From the human T2T-CHM13v2.0 reference genome, Homo sapiens: DNA of 64,000 bases. Within the stretch, counting starts at the first letter, position 1. Each line of letters opens with the position of its first letter. The notes under the pieces were generated by a model that searched no databases, had not been told where the DNA came from, and saw only the letters and a program-made list of their open reading frames with translations. The position numbers and the translations under genes were made by a program. The stretch lies in NCBI RefSeq assembly GCF_009914755.1, contig NC_060928.1, one strand, 5' to 3'. Shown piece after piece: positions 23,201 through 36,370 of this stretch.

Positions 23201-25374
23201 TCTGTTTTGTGACTATTATCGTTTTTCAAAGTTGATCCTACTAAACATGGTTGGATTCTTTTTACTAGCAAGGAAAAATGATTACCAAATGAGAAAATCA
23301 TTACCAAGTTTTGTTTTAACGAATTTTTAATGTTAGAGTCTAAGGAAAGTGACACAGTTCCTTTAAAACGAAGTGGTCTGTCCTAACAATACACAACATG
23401 ACTGGACATGTGTGAATCTAGGTATAAACTTTCTGTATACTATGTCATTGACTGAGGGACATAATAAAGCTTAAAAAAGTTTTTTTTTAATGTAATATGA
23501 AAAAAAAATAAATATTTCTGCAAAAAAAAACACACTAAGACATTCTTACAGAGACCACTAATCTGATATTCTGCAATTTTATTTCCCCCCTTTTTTCAGG
23601 TTAAAAATCCCAAGTATTTGAAAGGAGAAACTAAGGTAATTTGGAGGGTCATCTGAAAAATTTTAAGTAGACAATAGAGCAGTTTTTGCTAGGGTAATTA
23701 TAACTTGGAATAGAAGAAAAGTCTTAAACAATGTGGTTTGTAAATAAAAAATAAGCAAGGACATAGGGAAATTGAATACTGCAATAAAATTTGATTAAAA
23801 GATATATAAAAAATCTCATACCTATTAAGTTATAAACATTTAATGTCTATGAAACATTTAAAAATTATTTGACCTTAAATAATAGCTTAACAAATATGTC
23901 CAAGTAGAGACTTTACAGGGTCTTTTTTTTTCAATATTGAGCCAATACAATTAGAAATCCAATTTTGAAAAGTGACTCGTAAGTCTTAATCGCCTGACAA
24001 TTAACTAAGATACTTTTATATAATACTTGGTCCAAAGGAATGAAAACTCTGAAATAGAGCCAGAAGCTATAGAATATATAATATTAAAACCTATAGCATA
24101 TAGCAAAAGCTGTATCCAGATAACAGTTTATAACTGTAAATGTTTTCATTATTAAAGAACACAAGAACGTAATAAAAGAAACATAAAAGCTAAAACTAAT
24201 TAAATTGATTTAAGTTAGAGAAAGGATAAAAAGATTTTCTTAAAGGAAGTCTTTGAAATAATTGCAAAATAGATGAACTTCCCATAAGACTTATTAAGGG
24301 AAAGAGAGAACAAAAAAAATGATATCAGAAATGATACATAATCATAGACACAAAAAACTATATAAAAAGAATGCTACATGTAACATTATTGCAACAAATA
24401 TGAAAACCTAGAGGAAACACATTATATTTAAGTAAAGCAAAAATTCCCAGAATTTGTTCAAGAAAAAGAGAAAAACATAAGATAGTTAATCAAGGAAATA
24501 TTCAAAAAGTAAATAAAAGTCTATATGCTCCTAAAATGGATAAGGGCATGCTGATTTTACAACCGAGCTGTATTTTACTTTAAAGAACACATAATTCCAA
24601 TATTACGTATACTATTATTGTCATAGAAACATAAATATCCCTAATCCATATTATTAACATGGCGTAAATGAAACTTCAGATGTGTTAAGATAGTACTCCC
24701 TACCCCACCAAAAAAAACCAGTAGGAAAAAAAAAGGAAAAAAGAAAATTGTGCCTTGCTCTCATTTGGAACTACAGATGCAGAAAATGTTAAAAATTAGT
24801 GTATATTTTGATAATAGCATATGTCTTTGATACATGAGCAGTGTATCACTAAAATTCCCAAAGAATAGAATAAATAGAATTTACTTATTTCAGGTTTTAA
24901 AAACTCAGGACACCTGTCAACATAATCCGTTAGATTAATACATTGAAAGAGACAAACATTATGATTTTATAACTAAATTCTGGAAAGATATTTGACAAAC
25001 TTTGGCAGTCTTATTCTAACATAAGCTCTAAGTAAAACAAGAATTGAAGGAAACCCCTTATAGTAATAAAGACAATATTCTAAAAAACACTACAAAATAT
25101 AATGCTAATTGTTAAAATACAGAAACTACAAAAATTATAGAACCTCTATTAGGGGTGCTTGCTATAATTATTCAACTTGTTTTAGAGTTTTTAGCAAATA
25201 TAACAAGGAAATGGAGTATTTGGTAGAAAAGGTGTTGAAAAAGAAGCAATACAACACTCCTTTCTTATTAATGACATAACATCTTAGAAATCCCAAGTGT
25301 CTCTGGTTAAGAAACAAAACCACTGCAGCTAATTAGACTTTATTACAGTACTTAGATACATGACAATTAGATAA

Positions 25375-25820
25375 TGGCAGAGTCTACTAGGTTTCCTAAA
25401 ATCCATTATCTCTTGCTTGTGCATTAAGGGAATAATAACTGAATATACACCTTCACAGTGGCATTATATCTCCCAGCCTTCCTTTGGTTATAGGTTGCCT
25501 AAGGTCAAATTTCCTCCAGTGAGATGTGACCAGAACTAACAATTGTCAGTTTCCTGACTGTCACATGAATCTCCCATATAATTTCTTACATGCTTTTTTC
25601 CTACTGCTCTATGCTGGGATGGAAACTATCAGGGCAAGACAGAAGGCCACAAATCAAAGATGGTAGAGCTGAATTCTTGTGGGTCTTTGAGTGACCACAT
25701 AATGAAAAGCCTTCTGCCAACTTGGAGTACATACTCTAAACTCTCATCAGAGAGAAAAAAAGTGTATTTCTTGTGAGCCATTACATTTTTGATTTATTTA
25801 ATATTGTGTCTATCCTAATG
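25375..25820 (+). mobile_element. Old MLT1-family LTR nested in L1M
   Basis: TATCTCCCAGCCTTCCTT, CCAGTGAGATGTGA.CAGAA, AAGATGGTAGAGC, GAGCCATTACATTTTTG. Confidence 0.65.
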
Positions 25821-27214
25821 GAAACACTATAAAATCAATAGCTTTCTTTTAGCAATAAATATCCAGAAATGCAATAACAGAAACAAAAACCATAAAATAC
25901 TTAGGAATAAACTTAACAAGGACATGAAATTTTATTTGAAAATATATTCTATAAAATATTACTGAGGAGTATAAATTGTGATCTGAACAAATAAAGTACC
26001 ATACTTTGATGGGAAGATAATTTTCTAATATATAAACCCTCTACAAATTGACATATGAGTAGAATGCAGTTCCAATTAAATCTTCAATAGAATTTATTTC
26101 TTGTTTTCTGGAGAAGAAAGGAGGTAGATAAAATGATCTTAAAAAACAATGTTCTTAAAGAACTTATAAATAAAAACAAATACCTGAGAATAACCAAGAA
26201 AATAATGAAAAAAAGGAGAGCTTTTTATGCTAGGCATTGTACATATTAAAACTCACTATCATTAAGTCAATATGGTATTGGCATAGAAATTAACTGAAAG
26301 ATCAGTGTAATCAAGAATAGAAAATCCAGAAATAGATGTAAGAATCTCACATATAAAAATTATTTCCAGTCAGTATTGAGGATAGTTGATACAATAAATG
26401 TTGCTGGACAACTGGCTACCTCTGTGGAAGAAAAAGCCAGACTTCTATCACTTAGCATATATAATCATGGAGTCCTGATGGAACAATGTCTTAAATGTTA
26501 AAGATTAAAAAATCTTTGAAATAAGTCTAAATTATGAATTCAGTCTTGGGGTGGGAAAGATTTACATAGCTAAGACACGAACCAGAAACTATATGTCATT
26601 GGTATATTTGATTATCCTCTGTCTAGAAAAATACAAAAAGTTAAAGTGAGTAAACAATTGTGTTAGTAAACAATGAAACACAAAAGACTGATAAAGTTTA
26701 ATTTCTAGAATATGCAAACTGCTTTTGTCTATTCACAAGAGAGGCAACAGTAAGGAATCAAATAGAAAACAAATGAGCAAGAGATAGAAACAGAAATTCA
26801 CAAAAAAAGGAATTACATATTGTCAATAAATATATGGCAAGATGCTCAAAATCACGAGCAGTCAGAAAAATGTAAATTAAAGTAGCAACAAGACATCACT
26901 TTTTACTCATCATGCTGAAAAAATTTAAGAGTGATAGCTTCTGTTGCTGATGGCAATAGGAAGAATGAATACTCTCAAAAATGCTAGTAGAAATGTGATT
27001 TTCTTCTGCAATATCATTGAAAAAACATCTGGCAACATATATTGAAATTAAAAATATCACTTCATGCAGTAATTTCACCCTTGGGAATCTCTCCCAGAGA
27101 AATACAAGCACTAGTATATAAAAATATGTGAATGAGGACACTTAATATACAACTCTGTTTTGAACTAAAAAAAAAAAAAAAAAAAAAAGAATCCCAGCAA
27201 TAAAGATGGGACAG

Positions 27215-27830
27215 TTGTTAAGTTAATGTCTCAAAGCTTTAAACCCACTCTTCTAGCTTCTGTTCTGGGCTGGAACTCTACAAACTACTTTTCTGTTGTG
27301 CCATCTGACTCCCTACTAAGCTCTGCTTACTGGGGAGTGGGCACAGAGGGGGGCCACAGGGAAACTAGAAGGCTAGAAAAGGAAAACAGGATTTGCTCCA
27401 TCTATTTGATTTCTATAGGCTTCTTGTGTTTGCATCATCCTAGAAATGCTTCTTCACCCTGGGAGTTAGTTGCAATCCCCCCCTGTAGCAGCAGCTGGCA
27501 TCTAGATACAAGGTTTCTAACACCCTCAGAAACAGGCTCATTGTACTCTTTTGAAGACCAGCTGGTGGATTCTTAGAATTCTAAGAAGTTTGAGTTCCAG
27601 TTCTATGGGGCCCTCCTCCAAGCTTTTAATAATTTTAATTTCCTTCCCCTGTTCACTCAGACCTCGGGAGGATGGCTGCTTCCTACAATTCCTGCCTTTG
27701 TAACATCTTTGTGTCCTTATTTTTTTCCTTTCAGTTACCTAGTTAATGATCTTTTACAGCCAGGGAATATATCTTTATACTAAATTATCTGTGTTAAAAC
27801 AAAAGGCATCATTTCTCCCTCTTGACTAAC
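27215..27830 (+). mobile_element. LTR33A-like ERVL LTR nested in L1M
   Basis: TGGGCTGGAACTCTACAAACTAC.TTTCT, GGAGGATGGCTGCTTCCTACAATT, TAAATTATCTGTGTTAAAA...TTTCT...CTTGACT. Confidence 0.65.
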
Positions 27831-28673
27831 AGAATAAACAATGTTCATCAATAAAGAATTGTTAAGTAATTTATAGTAGAGCCAAACCTTGAAAATATCA
27901 TGCAGTCATAAAAAATGAATTGGATCTCTGGCATTTGAGAGATTTCCATAAGGTAACTTCGAGAGTGAAAAGTAAAATAAGAAGTGATAAAATATGATTC
28001 TTTTAAAAACATACCAGGTTAGAACCTCTGTAAGTATATATGCATGCACATGTTTGTGTATAGACATGCAGTAGTCTATGACTATATGAGCATGGAAAAA
28101 GTCATGGAAAGTTATGCAAAAACTATATTAACATGAATTATTGGGTAGAGCAGTGGGAGGAAGGAAGAGAGGCCAGCAGGAGGGGAATGAAGAAAAGAGA
28201 GGAGATGGAGGGCAAGGAATCTTAAAAAGCAAAAGAGAATGTTAGAGCTCTGTTTTTGTAAAATTATATATGGGTATGATGTGCATACAGAAATTATAAT
28301 GCAAATATGAGGTTATATCTTTCTCTACTGGTAAATGGTAATGTTCATGATATATTGTTAAGGTAATAAAGTTATAGAAAAATGTGTAGAGGACAATTCC
28401 ATTTCTTTAAAAATAATGAAATAGATTATGTATAGAGAGTAATTCCATTTCTTTAAAAACAAACAGAACTCCTATATATGTCTACATATTTACAGATGTA
28501 TGTTTGACTGAGCAGAAATATGTTAATCCAATCTTGGCTATTAACACTGCAATCTATGCACAATGGTTACCTTTAGTCCTTAGCATGGCGGGATTGAGGG
28601 AAGCAGGCAGGCCCATGGGAGTAGTCTAGCTTTTTCTTTAAACAACTTTGTGTATAAAGTTTCAGTTGTTTTA

Positions 28674-28810
28674 GGCCAGGCAAGCAGGCTCATACCTGTA
28701 ATCCCAGCACTTTGGGAGGCCAAGATGGGAAGATAGCTTGAGCCCAGGAGTTCAAGACCAGCCTGGGCAACACAGTGAGACCTCATCTCTAATTTTAAAA
28801 AATAAAAAGA
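28674..28810 (+). mobile_element. FLAM-C / Alu left monomer
   Basis: Single monomer with CTTGAGCCCAGGAGTTCAAGACCAGCCTGGGCAACA and a degenerate TSD AAAGTTT...TTGTTTT. Confidence 0.85.
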
Positions 28811-29673
28811 AATTAAATTTTAAAAGTTTACTTGTTTTTTATAATCTTTTAAACAATAGAACATCTAATTAAGAAACTCTGAAAAACAAAAATGGCAAAA
28901 TTGGCCTTACTCAACAGAGTGTATATCATAAAGGTATATCTATGTGTGTTGTATGTATGTGTATGTAATCAAAAAGAGCTGCAAGAAACAGTTAATGTTC
29001 ATATTCTCCAAGATGATACAGGACCTGGAATATACAGGCACTAAATTATTTATTCAGTCAAGTGGGATTGGTGGAAAAATCACAAGATTTGTAGTTACAA
29101 CACTTGCATTAGAATTGCAGCTTCATAACTAACCATGTGATGGTAAGAAAATCACAGGCCTTCTCTACCTCTAAATTGCTGAACTTGCAAAATGCGTATA
29201 AAGACCCTTGCATGTTTACCTCATAGAATTTCTGTTGAAGCAAACATGGCAAACTTTGGACAAGTATATTTCAAATTGTAAAGCACTGTATAAATATAAA
29301 CTAGGATTATTAAATTTAGATGTGCTAGAAAGATAATAAGGACAATTGCTTGTAAGTTGCCACATTTATTATTAAATTTTGCACTACGTAGAATTTTCTA
29401 CAAACACTCCAAATTTTCTTAAAAATGAACATATCATTCCCTAAATGTCAAATTTAATGGGTAAACTTGCTAATCTCTTTATCTAACTTCAGGATCACTA
29501 TGAAAAGTCTAGCAATTGTGACCAGAAGGCTATTTTAAAGGTACTTCTATACACCCCTTAGGACTTTTCCCTAAGTACAAGGCCAATACTTTGAAAAGTG
29601 GTGACCATTCAAAGACTATCCTATAAAAAGAAGACAGCTATCACAACAAGCCATCTGAATTTTGGTACAGATA

Positions 29674-29751
29674 TTAAGTTGGTGTGAAATAATTTCTGTT
29701 TTTGCCATTACATTCAATGACAAAACCGCAATTACTTTTGCACCAACATAA
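29674..29751. mobile_element. MADE1 MITE, diverged
   Basis: TTAAGTTGGTGTGAAATAATT...CCGCAATTACTTTTGCACCAACATAA with TA flanks. Confidence 0.88.
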
Positions 29752-30398
29752 TATATTATGTACTTACACATTTATTAATCACGACCATGAATATGAGTTG
29801 TATTTATAATTGGGCAGTCCAAACAATTGTATTGGCTAGGAAATAATATCAAAAATATCTAAAGAAGAGCTCCCTTTTCTCCCTAAAAAATATTATTCAA
29901 AAGCATGTCCTTGCTCTACACACTTATAAAAGACTCTCTACTGATAAATGAGTTGCCATTCTGAACAAGTTAGTAATTGTAATTCCTAGGAGGAGAACCA
30001 AAGACTTTTTTTTTAAGTTTACACACTCTTGTACTGAAAATGTTTCAAACGGATTCTAATTTGGGTGAAAAGAAAAATAATATAGTAAAATGATCATTGG
30101 CTAAATTGTCAAAGCACCATGGAAAAAGCCTTGAGGACTGAATTCACACATCTTTATAGTAATGAAAGGATGGAAAATAAGGGCATTCAATGATTGCTAA
30201 AATGCAGAAGGTGATGATTTTACTTCAATTGCTTGTATGAAAAGGTGATTACTTTTTTTAAAGCAATATATAAAGTCAGGTTGGCATAAGCTTTTAGTGT
30301 AACACTTGTTGAACCTTTATAAAGGATGGTATATGGGCAGGTTTATTTTTTCCCGAAATTCTGTTTTATATGACTATGTTCACATGAGAACAAAAAAC

Positions 30399-30516
30399 TT
30401 GCCACACCTCTGGTTGTTTCTTAGATGACCAGAGGTGTGGCAAACTTCTTAATAAGACAAACAGAAGTTTTGTAAATGACGTGTAATTTTTTGTAAATTA
30501 CACGTCATTTACAAAA
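30399..30516. repeat. Two adjacent perfect inverted repeats (16-bp and 22-bp arms)
   Basis: TTGCCACACCTCTGGT(30399-30414)/ACCAGAGGTGTGGCAA(30428-30443) and TTTTGTAAATGACGTGTAATTT(30468-30489)/AAATTACACGTCATTTACAAAA(30495-30516). Confidence 0.95.
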
Positions 30517-30779
30517 TCCTTCTCTCACAGTAGTCTTCTTACTTAAGTTCACCCAAAGGAAAATCTGCCAGTGGTTTCATTCTGTAAATTTAATTTTCCA
30601 AAACAAAATGGAAAGACCCATTGCTTATTAATTAATTGACTGTTCCTTCCTATAAGTGCTTAACATTCCACTGAGTTTTAAGATCTTTATTTTTTTCTGT
30701 TGGAAATCCCAGTTTCAGTTATAATTAAAGTATCATGTTCATTTGCGTTTCAAATGTTATTTTCACAGGTGTGCTAGGT

Positions 30780-31272
30780 GTATCTTCCACCAGTCCGTGT
30801 AGATCCATGTCCCACTGTTCCCCACCCTGATCTGTGCCCAGGAGGCACACCCGGTTGGATCTCACCAAGGCTCCTTTGCTCCTGGCTTTCAGTTTCATTA
30901 CACCAATGAGAATTAATGCAGAGTCCTGGTAGATTACAGGAATGGAAGAGGGTGAGTTTAGAGTAATTATCCCTTCCTTGAAGGATCACCACAAACTGAC
31001 TTTGCCCCACAATTGGAGGTCTCAGTATTTGTCAGGTAGCTTTCTGCAAAAATGCCTCTCTTTCTCTGGGTTCTGGAAAATGCTACTTCTCCCTGCTTTT
31101 TCAAGACTATGGGTGACAACCACCCACTGCTGTTTCCACCCATGGGGTATACAACTATCTCTTATATTTTCAATATATTCTGCTCATACTCATTGCAAAT
31201 TGACTATTAACTCTCCCCAAATTATCCAATTTGGAAATGCTATCTGTTTCTTTCTAGACCCCGATGGATAAA
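30780..31272 (+). mobile_element. LTR33-like ERVL solo LTR
   Basis: CCACCCTG.TCTGTGCCCAGGAGGC...TGCCTCCTGGCTTTCAGTT and 3' end ATTAACTCTCCCCAAATTATCCAATTTG...ATCTGTTTC...GACCCCGA. Confidence 0.75.
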
Positions 31273-32724
31273 AGTCATCTTTAGTATTGTGTAGTCTTAT
31301 CATTATTACTAATTTTTGCTATTTTTGTCACATTAATATCTTAGAAAGTTACTCTGGAGGTATAATCATATTTTATCAGAGTCTGCAGTGACTTAAAAAC
31401 CTATCAAGTAGGTTTCAAACCACTTTCTGTATAAGAGTTATATTGTTTTCTTCTGTGGGTTTAAGATTGGAGACATGTTTGTAAAACAGACCACACATTA
31501 TAGACCGACCATGTAAAATCTGCTGCATGGTGGAATGTTTTCATTAGTGTTTTTCATCCTGCATGCTATTAAAAGCACTTTAATGGCCATATATTTTTTA
31601 AGACTGTCAGGGAATTTGCAAGCTAGGTTTTTTACTAAATTCTGGAATTGGATTTAAAAGTTCTAAAACCTTCATGGGTCACACACACAAGTGTATGTAT
31701 ATGGGCAATGGCTTTCTTATGAAAAAATAAAAAGTTGTGTGTCAGTGCCAATCTAGACAATGCATCTGTTACCTGGAGGCATAAAATTTAAAAATACTAG
31801 ATACTTTGTGATTCAAACAAAATAAATGTTGAGGAAAATGTATGATTCCTGCAAAGGTTGGTAATCCATCCTTCATGTAGAAGTGCTTCACTCATTTGTG
31901 AGGTCGTTACTTCAAACCTTTTTGTTCCAGTCTCATGCCTGACTTCTCTTCTTGCGTCTTACTCCATTATTCAACTCTTTCTTATTCCTCCCTTATGTCA
32001 GTAATATGTAAATAAATGAGATGAAATTTTAATCTTTGGATGTATACATTCTGGTTCTATAAAACAGCTGAGGATACATACGAGAATTTCCTGGTTGAAC
32101 AAATAGACACAAGGACTTAAATACGGATCAGAACAAAGTGCCAGGAAAGTTGATACTGCCTGTGTTTCAGGTTTTGCCCTCAGTGTCACTTATGGTCAGG
32201 TCCATTTCTGACAATCCCTTGTTATATAATAATATTGGCCTACCAGGAAGTCTGGAGTCACAAGTCTTAAGACAACATTTTACAGAGCTCTTCTAAGAGC
32301 CTGAAAAGCAACCTTAGTTTTCATGAATGCAAATTTCATACACCATGAAAAAAATCAACACAGCTGAATTGTTTCTATATTATGAATCCTATTGTTTCTA
32401 CAGTAGCTTCGACTCATCTCCTTTCATCATTTTCTGTCTCTCTTCATTATTTAGAGTATTCCCTTATTAAGCTATTTTTAAAAACAAAAAAAATCAAATT
32501 TAACTTGCACCCTAGATAAGAATTTTAGAATTCTTGTCCATTATTATTGGATTAATTATTGGAAAAATAGTAGAAGGTAGGAAAATAAGTGGCCACTTTC
32601 CGGCCTATAGAAACATCAAATTTAATCTTTTTACATACCAGCTCTCTTGGATCCAAGAGGAAATAAATAGAAATGTCACTAGAGAATTATTACTTCATAT
32701 AGTATTCTACTAATAAATAAAAAA

Positions 32725-32930
32725 TTTGCCATAATGCCTGGGTCCAAATCCCAACTATACCACTTGTGGTGCAATCCTAGGCAAGTTACTTATTCACTCA
32801 TGACTTCTGTTTATGCATCTGTAGAATCATGATAATAGTACAGTCCTCTCAATGTTGCTGTAAGAATTAAATAAGTAAATGGGATTAAGTGTTTAGCATG
32901 GAACATAATGTGCTACACAAATGGTAGCAT
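32725..32930 (+). mobile_element. MIR SINE
   Basis: CCTGGGTCCAAATCCCAACT..ACCACTT, GGCAAGTTACTTA, CATCTGTAGAAT...ATAATAGTAC. Confidence 0.75.
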
Positions 32931-34045
32931 AACCAATCTTGTATTTTATGTGAACTTTACATCTTGTCTACATACAGCCTGTATGCCATTATATTAAAGG
33001 CATAGCTGTTAGAAATAGAAGTTCTGAAGGCATTTCTTCTAAATGTAAAAAAATTAGTTTCAGAAATATGCTATAAAATATTTATCAATAAAATTAAAAC
33101 CACTCCCTTTAGATCTCACCTATGGATAGTGGGAGAGGTGTGAGACCCCAGTAAGGATAAGGACACTGGAACAGGATGTCTGCCTCAGACTTTCACCTGT
33201 ATGATACAACCAAAGCCTCAATGAACCTTGGTCACTTCTCGAAAAGTCTTCATAAGTTGGCAATACATAATGAAAATATGTGCCTATTGTAAACAGGTGG
33301 GAAGAAATGAAGACATGAAAGAACAAACACATAATAAGCTTATAATAATAACAAATAAGCATAACAATAAATTTGCAGTAAGATTGTACGTAGTTGAAAT
33401 TATAAATCAGTTCACCACCCACAAGCTATGTAACCTTGAGCCAGTTGATTTACATTTCAGTGTCTCATGTTATTCTTTCACTGGGTTTTTAATATTTAGA
33501 AATATTATACACACAGGGTTCAGTAGGATTTCTGGCACATGTTTCCATAAAGAGCAATAGTTATAAGGATTGGCTTGAAAATGGAATATTTAACCATTCA
33601 TCTTCCATGAAAAACCCAATTCTCCATTACACACATAGGGGCCATTCCAAATAAATATGCAATGTAAGTTAAAACACTGTGTGTGCTATATAAATTGCTG
33701 TGCAAATACTCTAGCTCCAATTCTATCTATCTTACTGCACTCGAACTTCTTTTAAATAGAAATCCTGGCCACTCACTGTCCATAAATAGCTTACTGCTAA
33801 TGAAATCAGTTTGGGGGTAAGTTTACATGTATTATTCTACCACCATTACTTAATAAACTGTTTCTCAATGGAAGAGACTATATTTCAATCACATTTACTT
33901 TCTTTAACACAATACCTGCCTGGAATATCACAGATGTTTCATAAATTAAGTAGGACGGTAATTCTACATGTTGGATTCAGAGACATATTAGCATAGTCAT
34001 TCTTGAGAATAGTAGGTGGGAAGTATACGACAATTAACATGCTAT

Positions 34046-34361
34046 TTTATTTTTCTTTTTATTCTTTTATTTTTTTAAGACAGGGTCTTGCTCTGTCACC
34101 CAGGCTGAGTGCAGTGCATGGTTCACTGCAGTCACCACCTCCAGGTTGAAGTGATCCTCCCACCTTAGCCTCAACAGTAGCTAGGACTACAGGCACATGT
34201 CACTTTGCCTGGCTAACTTTTTTAAAAAACTTTTTATTTTTTGTGGAGGCAAGGTTTTGCTGTGTTGCCCAGGCTGGTCTTGAACTCCTGGCCTCAAGTA
34301 ATTTTCCTGCCTCAGCCTCCCAAAGTGCTGAGATTATAGGCATGAGCCACTGCACCCAGCC
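34046..34361 (-). mobile_element. AluJ
   Basis: Dimeric, with AluJ features AGACAGGGTCTTGC, GATCCTCCCACCTTAGCC and TGTTGCCCAGGCTGG. Confidence 0.9.
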
Positions 34362-34604
34362 TATACACTGTTTTATTCACGAATAATTTATTTGATTTTA
34401 TTTTTATAGAAAAAAGTCACATCTGTTTTTAAAATGTGTCTAAATTAGAAGCCACAAAGATAAAACGCCATTAAATGGATTTTGGTCATAGTATATTATA
34501 ATTTGGATTTAACATACAGTATTATCAACTCTTCCATGTGGTACTATTTATGAATGTTTGGCAGCAGTATTGGATTAATCAGAGGCAATCATACTTTGAC
34601 CTAG

Positions 34605-34854
<250 letters not shown>

Positions 34855-36370
34855 TAGTATTGTAAGCTATACTGCATCTGTATTAGCTGACTCTCCCCAA
34901 GCAAAGGTATTTTCTTTTGTGTATTTGTGCTTCTTTGGGTTTATAAAGTGTTTCTAAGATTTCTACCACCCAGATGCAAAAATCTGAAGGAGGTGAATTT
35001 TAATCTCAGTGGAAATTACTGAGATCCAATATATGTACATACTATGGCAAAAAAGATGATGAACTAATGACTATTCAAGACATCTGAATTTCTCATAATA
35101 GAAATACTCACTAGGGATAAAATAAAATAAATAAGGGCTAGTGTATCTGCTGAAAATACTCTGCTCCAATCTCAAAAACATAAAGGCATTAATGCCTTTG
35201 ACCACAAGCAGATTTTTAAAAAACGTAATGAATTTTCAAACAACACTCCATGGGATGAATTAAAATCAACACTTCCTAGATATCCAGTTATAATAATATA
35301 GTTCAGGAAGCAAGTAACTTTCTAAAATTTTTGACAAACATAAAAAACGTAAAGTACAGAATTTTCATCAAGATAATGCAAGAAGATGGATATGTGCTGT
35401 CATCAAAATACGGGTGATCCAAAATAAAGCAGTGTAACTAAATTATTGTTTATTACCAGGAAAATCCATATACTTATGTAACTAGCTTTCTGAAACTCCT
35501 AATGGAAGAACAAAATTGAACTTTTATGATGGTTCTTTACTTGGCAACATGTTCCAGGAGGCATCTTAATCTGGTAAATGTAATTCAATTTATGTAAACA
35601 ACAACAACAACAACAACAATACAAGTATTCAATATGTATGATAATTTGGATTTAGTCCTAATTTTAAAAATAAGTTTCAGAATACAAAATGCACAATATT
35701 ATGTTTATTTGTACGGTGTACCTTGCAAATTGCCTCCTGAGTATACACAAGGGTCATTTCATGACTTTCCAGATGAAAATACTGACATTCTTAGGTGTTG
35801 ATGCTAGACAGAATTACAGTTAAGTTAAACTTAGGCATCCTGCAAACTCGACAAATTCATTATTCCTATAAAAACACAGGCAGAAGCTCAACTTACAAAC
35901 AGGTATAGAGAATTAATAATGTTAAATTATTATTAATACACGCCTTTTGCCGAGGAGTCCAGAGGACATACAGTGGTGTTTGTTATTGTAGTGTTGTTCG
36001 CTCATTTGCACTATAGTAGCTCCACACCCATGATTGGTGCTTCAGGGACCAGTGCCAAAATCACCAGTGGGCAGCTGGCAGGGTTGGGATGCAGCCATGT
36101 GCAAAAGAGTATCACCTAACAATCAAAATGCACACAGAACTGTCAAAGTTTGAGTTGGTTGTTGAACAGCAACTCTGGTTCCACAAACTATTACAAATCC
36201 AGAGAGATTTTCTTTGTTGTTATTCCCAATAGGCAAATTAGCAATCTTCTTGTTAATTGTTACATAAGAATAAACATTTTAGGTTAATAATACATATTAA
36301 TTTTTTATTATTTTACTGTTTTATTATTAAATTTAACACTTATTAAAATCTACACATACACATTTATTTT

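Larger units (their letters stand above)
23700..28560 (+). mobile_element. Ancient, highly decayed L1M (L1ME-like) ORF2 to 3' end, interrupted by two LTRs
   Basis: A-rich strand with L1 ORF2 landmarks in order: GAAAACCTAGAGGAAA, AAAATACTTAGGAATAAACTTAACAAG, TATGGTATTGGCATAG, AATAAATGTTGCTGGACAACTGG. Ends approximate. Confidence 0.75.

Noticed and set aside
27167-27188. Orphan A22 tract as a retrocopy tail
   Set aside because: No TSD or attached element. It sits in an A-rich L1M position, so slippage is sufficient.
33112-33200. Possible cryptic minus-strand exon ending AG|GTGAGA
   Set aside because: Good donor but no convincing polypyrimidine acceptor or recognisable peptide.
36058-36078. 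CTCF-like TCACCAGTGGGCAGC
   Set aside because: Mismatches at core positions and probably inside a decayed MER20-like element. Not supportable.
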